Assembly (NCBI GenBank): GCA_964601505.1
Contig: CAZRNR010000006.1
Location: 2,515-66,514, forward strand
Direction of reading: 5' to 3'
From: an uncultured bacterium
GTDB lineage: Bacteria > Calescibacteriota > Calescibacteriia > Calescibacteriales > Calescibacteriaceae
DNA length: 64,000 bases
The position numbers and the translations under genes are program-made. Position 1 is the stretch's first letter, and every line of letters starts with the position of its first letter. Shown piece by piece: positions 59,015-64,000 of the stretch. Under the pieces are notes generated by a model that was not told where the DNA came from, searched no databases, and saw only the letters and a list, made by a program, of their open reading frames with translations.

Positions 59015-59866
59015 TTAATTTTCCAGATTTTTTAATTTATCAAAATTTCCAAGAGCTACAGATAAGACATTTTGGATCTCAAAAAGGGCATAGGGATTTA
59101 TATCTACCTGTCCAATTTTTGCACCAAAATGGAGATGATACCCTGTACTTCTTCCTGTGCTACCAACATATCCAATTAACTGACCTTTCTTTACAAAATC
59201 TCCTTCTTTTACAGCCATATCCTTTAAGTGAGCATATATAGTATGTATGCCCGTGCCATGATTTATCACAATAAGATTACCTTCAAGGACAAATCGTCTC
59301 GCGACAACGACGATTCCAGAATTTGAAGCATAAACTTTTTCTCCCTTATTAGCCGATATATCAATACCTCTGTGTATTGGTCCAGAGACTCCGTTTATGA
59401 CCCGCCTTGCTCCAAAATTATCCTTAACAGATTTATAGTTTCTCAAAGGAAAAACAAAATTTCCTTCCCACATTTTTGGTAAAGGTTCCCGAAGATATAA
59501 ACTTTTGAGAAAAGCCTTCTGTTCTTTTATCCTTTCCGCTAAATCATCCTCCCCAGATACCTTCCGTTTCTTTCTTATCCTGACATTTATATGCTCAACC
59601 GGGAAATCTTTTTCACAGATCCGGAAATCTTCAAGCAATGTAGCTGTTACGGGCACTGGTATTATATAAAGCACTTTTTGATCTAAATCAATCTTGAAAT
59701 CTGAAAAAGGTTTATCAGTTAAAATTATACCCCCTGGCTCAACACAGCCATTTGTCTCATCTATATAAACAACCTGTGCATGACCAGAAGAGAATAGGGA
59801 AGAGAAACCATAAAATCCCGACAAAAACAACAAAAAAGTTATAACTTTTGATAAATATTTAATCAT
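59015..59866 (-). CDS. M23 family metallopeptidase
   Basis: 283 aa. Signal/anchor sequence. HRGIDI, GNLIVINHG, and HLHFGAKI zinc ligand motifs. Confidence 0.85.
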   Translation of the reverse strand: MIKYLSKVITFLLFLSGFYGFSSLFSSGHAQVVYIDETNGCVEPGGIILTDKPFSDFKIDLDQKVLYIIPVPVTATLLEDFRICEKDFPVEHINVRIRKKRKVSGEDDLAERIKEQKAFLKSLYLREPLPKMWEGNFVFPLRNYKSVKDNFGARRVINGVSGPIHRGIDISANKGEKVYASNSGIVVVARRFVLEGNLIVINHGTGIHTIYAHLKDMAVKEGDFVKKGQLIGYVGSTGRSTGYHLHFGAKIGQVDINPYALFEIQNVLSVALGNFDKLKNLEN

Positions 59867-59904
59867 ATCATCATCACCGATAATATAAATTTAAAAATTA
59901 TCCT

Positions 59905-61209
59905 ATGAAAAATGTAATAATAGCTTCTATAATTTTCATTTGCATCTCAACAGAAGTTAGCTCTTCGGAAATATCTGAATTCGCAAAAGCTTTATTGTAT
60001 GCAGAAGAAGGACTCTACGGAGAAGCAAACCGAAAGCTTGCTCCATACGAGATAACATATAGTGCAATTGTTTCAATGATGAAAGCAAAAATGAATAAAG
60101 ATGAGAAAATACTTATTGATGGAAAATTCAAAACAATCCCTCAGATAGAAGAAAAGCTCAAAGATAGAATAAATTATGAAATTGCAAAAATACTATTTGA
60201 GAAAGGGGAAATAGATTCATCTAAAGAATACCTTTCAAAGATTCAAAATAAAAACACATCATCTGTTATGTTCGCTATTTCAAATATACAACTTCTTGAA
60301 GGTGATACAGAGCAAGCACATGAATCATTCAGGAAAATAAGAAAAGAATCTGCAGATGATTTGTCCTACAAAAAACTTGAAAAATCTGTAAAAGAAAACA
60401 CTTCTGTTTTGTATATAGAACCACAAATCAAAAACTCATTGTTTTTCGGAAAATTGCCCGTATTGTTTAAAGATAAAAAATATCGGAAGAACTGGGATAT
60501 AGTTTCTCAACTTTTCGGGAAAATAAAAGCAGATATCCTCCCAAGCAAAAACATATCCCCTTTTATCTCCTATGATCTTTTAGGTGAACTTTACACAGAA
60601 ATATATGGATTCACAATACACAAAGTATCTGCTGGCGTGGAGTATAAGAAAAGCATCCCAATCGGTGGAGCTTACTCACTAAACTTGATAGCATATGGAA
60701 CAGATATTTTTGGAACGAGTCATAAACTTTCTCCATACATATTCCCAACGAAAAACCTTTATGTTTCAATCAGCGGAGAGATACAGACATTTGACAAAGT
60801 ACCAGAAAGAGAAGGTCCTATAATCCAGATGGAGACAATTTCAAATTTATCGTGGAAAATAGGCAGTGCAAAGTTTCAAAGCATACCGGCATTATCAGTT
60901 GGTAAGAGATTTTCAAAATCTCCGAAATTCTCCGAACTTTTCGCCTACCTTTATTTAGGAAATACATTAAGCCTATCTGAAAAAACGGATCTAAATCTCA
61001 ATGGATTTGCTATGTTCTCAAATTATCCAGAAGATTTTGAAAGGAGAAAGACAAACATATATTTTACAATAAGCCCATCAATATGTCTAAACGAAGAATA
61101 TTTCAAGTGGGAGATGCTAAAACCAATGTTTCAATTCAATTATTCAGATGCAAAGAATTTCTCTTGGAACAGAATTCTTATTGGAACAGCTCTTGAGTTT
61201 GTATTCTAA
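59905..61209 (+). CDS. putative outer-membrane beta-barrel protein
   Basis: 434 aa. Signal peptide, helical N-terminal third, and an alternating-hydrophobic C-terminal region ending in ALEFVF (terminal Phe OMP signature). Confidence 0.45.
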   Translation: MKNVIIASIIFICISTEVSSSEISEFAKALLYAEEGLYGEANRKLAPYEITYSAIVSMMKAKMNKDEKILIDGKFKTIPQIEEKLKDRINYEIAKILFEKGEIDSSKEYLSKIQNKNTSSVMFAISNIQLLEGDTEQAHESFRKIRKESADDLSYKKLEKSVKENTSVLYIEPQIKNSLFFGKLPVLFKDKKYRKNWDIVSQLFGKIKADILPSKNISPFISYDLLGELYTEIYGFTIHKVSAGVEYKKSIPIGGAYSLNLIAYGTDIFGTSHKLSPYIFPTKNLYVSISGEIQTFDKVPEREGPIIQMETISNLSWKIGSAKFQSIPALSVGKRFSKSPKFSELFAYLYLGNTLSLSEKTDLNLNGFAMFSNYPEDFERRKTNIYFTISPSICLNEEYFKWEMLKPMFQFNYSDAKNFSWNRILIGTALEFVF

Positions 61210-61213
61210 AAAA

Positions 61214-61825
61214 TCACGCAAAGCTTTTCTTTCTTCTCTCCTCGTACTCTCTTATTTTATCTTCATACTTCAGAGTTACATCTATCTCATCAAGTCCTTC
61301 AATAATACACATCTTCCTAAATGTATCTATCTGGAATGAGGACTTGAAATCCAGATCATCATAAACAATCTGTTTTTCAAGGTCAACGTTAAGAAAATAA
61401 GGATCTTTTTTCTTTTCAAAATCAAAGGCTCTTTCAAAAAGGAGATCAACCTCCTCCTCTGTGAGTTCTATAACAAGCAAACCGTTTTTCAATGAGTTAT
61501 TATAAAATATTTCTCCGAATTTTGGAGATATTACAACTTTGAATCCAAAGTCTACAAGCGCCCAGACAGCATGCTCTCTTGAGCTACCTGTTCCAAAGTT
61601 CTTTCTCGCAAGCAGGATTGAAGCTCCAGAGTAAAAATTCTTGTTCAGAACAAAGTTCTCTATTGGCTTACCCTGATAATCATATCTCCAATTGTAAAAT
61701 AGGAACTTTCCAAAACCTGTTCTTTCAATCCTTTTTAAAAACTGCTTTGGAACTATCTGGTCCGTGTCAACATCAGCAACATCCAATGGTGCAACTTTCC
61801 CTCTCCAGAACTTCAAAGCTTCCAT
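61214..61825 (-). CDS. leuD: 3-isopropylmalate dehydratase small subunit
   Basis: About 203 aa from ATG 61825; the track start at 61834 is a TTG. VDTDQIVPKQFL, NFGTGSSREHA. No adjacent leuC. Confidence 0.88.
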   Translation of the reverse strand: MEALKFWRGKVAPLDVADVDTDQIVPKQFLKRIERTGFGKFLFYNWRYDYQGKPIENFVLNKNFYSGASILLARKNFGTGSSREHAVWALVDFGFKVVISPKFGEIFYNNSLKNGLLVIELTEEEVDLLFERAFDFEKKKDPYFLNVDLEKQIVYDDLDFKSSFQIDTFRKMCIIEGLDEIDVTLKYEDKIREYEERRKKSFA

Positions 61826-61849
61826 AAAAAACAAAGTAAAAAGATAAAA

Positions 61850-63592
61850 TCAAGAATACATTTTTTCTATCAAGTCTTTGTATTTTTTGTAGATAAAGTA
61901 TCTTTTCGTTTTCAAGGTAGGTGTAAGTTCTCCGCTTTCGGGTGTCCAAACATCTTCAACTATTTCAAATCTATGAATCTTTTCATAAGAGGGTCTTTTA
62001 GAATTAACCTCATCTATTATTTGCTGAATTCTTTGTCTTATCCAATCAGATTTTGCAATTTGTTTAAGATCTTGATTCAGGCCTTTTTCTTTGGCAATCC
62101 TGCTAACTTCCTCTTCATTGAGCGAAACAAGTGCGACAAGATATGGTTTCTCATCACCAAAAACAGCTACATTGCCAACAAGTGGATCTTTTTGAATCTC
62201 AAGCTCTATGGGCTCCGGTGCTATATTTTTCCCGAAAGATGTAACAATTATATTCTTCTTTCTACCCTTGAAAAACAGAAAGCCTTCGTCATCCATCTCA
62301 ACAATATCACCTGTTTTCAGCCAGCCGTCTTCTGTAAAAGCATTTTTGGTTTCCTCTTCCAATTTATAGTATCCCTTCATAACAGAATCAGATTTTATGA
62401 GCAACTCTCCATCTTCGGATATCTTAACATAAACCTGAGGAATTGGAAGGCCAATTGAACCGAACTTGAACTTATTTTCTAAATTAACAGTAACAACAGA
62501 TGAAGTTTCAGTAAGTCCATATCCTTCAAGTAGTTTTATCCCGGCACCAGTGAAGAACTTCGCTATGTGAGTTGGAATAGCTGCACCACCGGAGATACAC
62601 AACCTTATCCTCCCCCCAAAAGCCTGCCTTATCTTTGAGTAGACAAGTAAATCCATAATTTTATAAATCAGAGAAAAATACAAAGGTGGAGCAAGCTTAT
62701 CCCTGATGTATTCCGCATACCTCTCCGCAACTTTTTCTGCCAAATCAAAAATGTTCTTCTTTATACCAACCGAAGAGGATTGCTTTATTTTCTCGTAAGC
62801 TTTCTCATAAATTCTCGGAACAGATGGAAAAAGTGTAGGTTTGACCTCCTTGAGATTATCTACTATCTTAGCTATGTTTTCTGCATATGCTACAGTAACG
62901 GCATTTCTTACTGCATAAAATATAATAAGCCTACCAAATATGTGAGCAAAAGGTAGCCAAGCAAAAATTATGTCATCATCACGAGGATGTATAACATCGC
63001 TCACGGAAGAAACCATGGAAAGTATGTTCTTGTGAGTCAGCATTACACCCTTTGGATATCCAGTTGTTCCGGAGGTATAGACTATGGTAGCAAGGTCATC
63101 AGGTTTGATAGATTCAATATCTATTTTTTCATGAGATTGATTCTGAAACTTTTCAAAACTTGTGTAGCCTTCACCTGTTTCCTGAGAGTCATAGACAATG
63201 ATGTTCTTAACATTTTTTGGAATCTTAACATTTCTCAAAAGACCTCTTCTTTCAACAAACAATATTTTTGATTCCGAATGCTCAAGAATATATGAGATAA
63301 TTTCTGGCTGGATACCTGGGTATATGGGAACAGTAGTAGCTCCTGCGAATTGAATTGCAAGATCAGATAAAAGCCACTCTGACCTTGTTTGAGAAAGTAT
63401 TGCCACTTTATCTCCATTCTTTACTCCAGAATCAATCAAAGCAGAAGCAACAGAGAGAATTATGTTAGTAGATTCTTTGAAATTTCTGACCTTCCAAACA
63501 TCTTTCTTTTTGAATATTTCAAATGTCTTCATAGAGTTAAGACGCGCTGCCCTTAGAAAGGCTTCGGGGATGTTCCTGACTTCCGTGTTCAT
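61850..63592 (-). CDS. long-chain fatty acid--CoA ligase (AMP-binding family)
   Basis: AMP-binding motif YTSGTTGYPKGV, GYGLTE, and TGD ... D..G. I chose the start at ATG 63592 (MNTEVRN). The 27 upstream codons in the track ORF look non-native. Confidence 0.85.
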   Translation of the reverse strand: MNTEVRNIPEAFLRAARLNSMKTFEIFKKKDVWKVRNFKESTNIILSVASALIDSGVKNGDKVAILSQTRSEWLLSDLAIQFAGATTVPIYPGIQPEIISYILEHSESKILFVERRGLLRNVKIPKNVKNIIVYDSQETGEGYTSFEKFQNQSHEKIDIESIKPDDLATIVYTSGTTGYPKGVMLTHKNILSMVSSVSDVIHPRDDDIIFAWLPFAHIFGRLIIFYAVRNAVTVAYAENIAKIVDNLKEVKPTLFPSVPRIYEKAYEKIKQSSSVGIKKNIFDLAEKVAERYAEYIRDKLAPPLYFSLIYKIMDLLVYSKIRQAFGGRIRLCISGGAAIPTHIAKFFTGAGIKLLEGYGLTETSSVVTVNLENKFKFGSIGLPIPQVYVKISEDGELLIKSDSVMKGYYKLEEETKNAFTEDGWLKTGDIVEMDDEGFLFFKGRKKNIIVTSFGKNIAPEPIELEIQKDPLVGNVAVFGDEKPYLVALVSLNEEEVSRIAKEKGLNQDLKQIAKSDWIRQRIQQIIDEVNSKRPSYEKIHRFEIVEDVWTPESGELTPTLKTKRYFIYKKYKDLIEKMYS

Positions 63593-64000
63593 ACAGAATA
63601 TCATTTTGAAAATTGTAAAATAAGAAAACATAAAAGCAGAAATACTGAGACACGAGAAAGAGGAGCAAACCAAGGTGATCTGATACGCGATAAGAAGATT
63701 TTTTAAATGAAGCTATAATTATCCTACCCTATATAATTGAAACCTGTTCAGAAAATTGTCTCAATGTAAATCAAACTTTAGGCAAAATGCATTTTATGGT
63801 GTTAGCAATGCTGCAAGCAAAATTTATAATTGAAACTTATTATAAAACATAATTTAGAGGAAGTGTTAAGTTAAATAAGATGAATAATCTAAAATTAAAA
63901 TATTATTCCAATAAACTAAACCTAATACTAAATTAGTCCCTTTTATTCTCTCTGATAAATCAGGATCAAGTTATATTCCACATCATTTATCTATAAACCC

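Noticed and set aside
63593-63673. Upstream extensions of track ORFs: 27 codons on the acyl-CoA ligase, 21 codons on malQ (9693-9755), and 3 codons (TTG start) on leuD.
   Set aside because: The extensions are hydrophobic or Cys-rich junk, or they overlap the neighbouring gene. The conserved N-termini start at internal ATGs.
63732-63836. CRISPR-like motif TATAATTGAAAC occurring twice (63732-63743 and 63825-63836).
   Set aside because: Only 12 nt are shared, there are only two copies, the spacing is 93 nt, and the flanks are not conserved. No cas genes are present. This is consistent with chance in AT-rich DNA or with a fragment of the 206-nt element.

Overview
AT-rich bacterial chromosomal window. 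Proteins are strongly Lys/Glu/Ile-rich and many carry Lys-rich tails, which looks thermophile-like. OMP, RND, Wza-like and TatC genes suggest a diderm, and flhB and flhF suggest a flagellate. All calls come from reading the sequence and motifs by eye; no database search was run.

I support about 55 protein genes, tightly packed on both strands.
- Housekeeping: apt, proS, pheS, trpS, groES-groEL, grpE, lon, murG, mltG, dapF, an aminotransferase, ilvD, leuD, purH, moaC-moaB fusion, rplA, tatC, xerC/D-type recombinase, malQ, tatD, mazG, pncA.
- Flagellar export: flhF and flhB, at separate loci.
- Scattered exopolysaccharide genes: Wza-like exporter, GT4, priming sugar transferase, mannose-1-P guanylyltransferase.
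- RNA genes: tRNA-Met(CAT) and tRNA-Ser(GCT).
- I found no rRNA, CRISPR array, cas operon or prophage.

Three observations stand out.
1. A 19-codon ORF (MFVNWRPAPTAGKKKKVKK) falls below the ORF-track cutoff. It has a perfect groEL-type Shine-Dalgarno and lies 14 nt upstream of a B12-binding radical SAM gene. A second radical SAM gene with a twitch/SPASM-like Cys motif and apt follow. This is a candidate RiPP-type peptide-modification cassette.
2. A 206-nt structured repeat occurs twice (32905-33110 and 52395-52600). Each copy is bounded by two related 22-nt hairpins in direct orientation. One copy directly follows an Rpn/TIGR01784-like PD-(D/E)XK putative transposase gene. A decayed relic of a paralogous gene lies at 40486-40605.
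3. Several smaller oddities: a Lys-rich tail on PncA with an internal perfect SD, groESL translationally coupled to a sugar-nucleotide gene, a stand-alone Cas4-like nuclease coupled to a glycosyltransferase, dispersed operons, and unusually long non-coding spacers.
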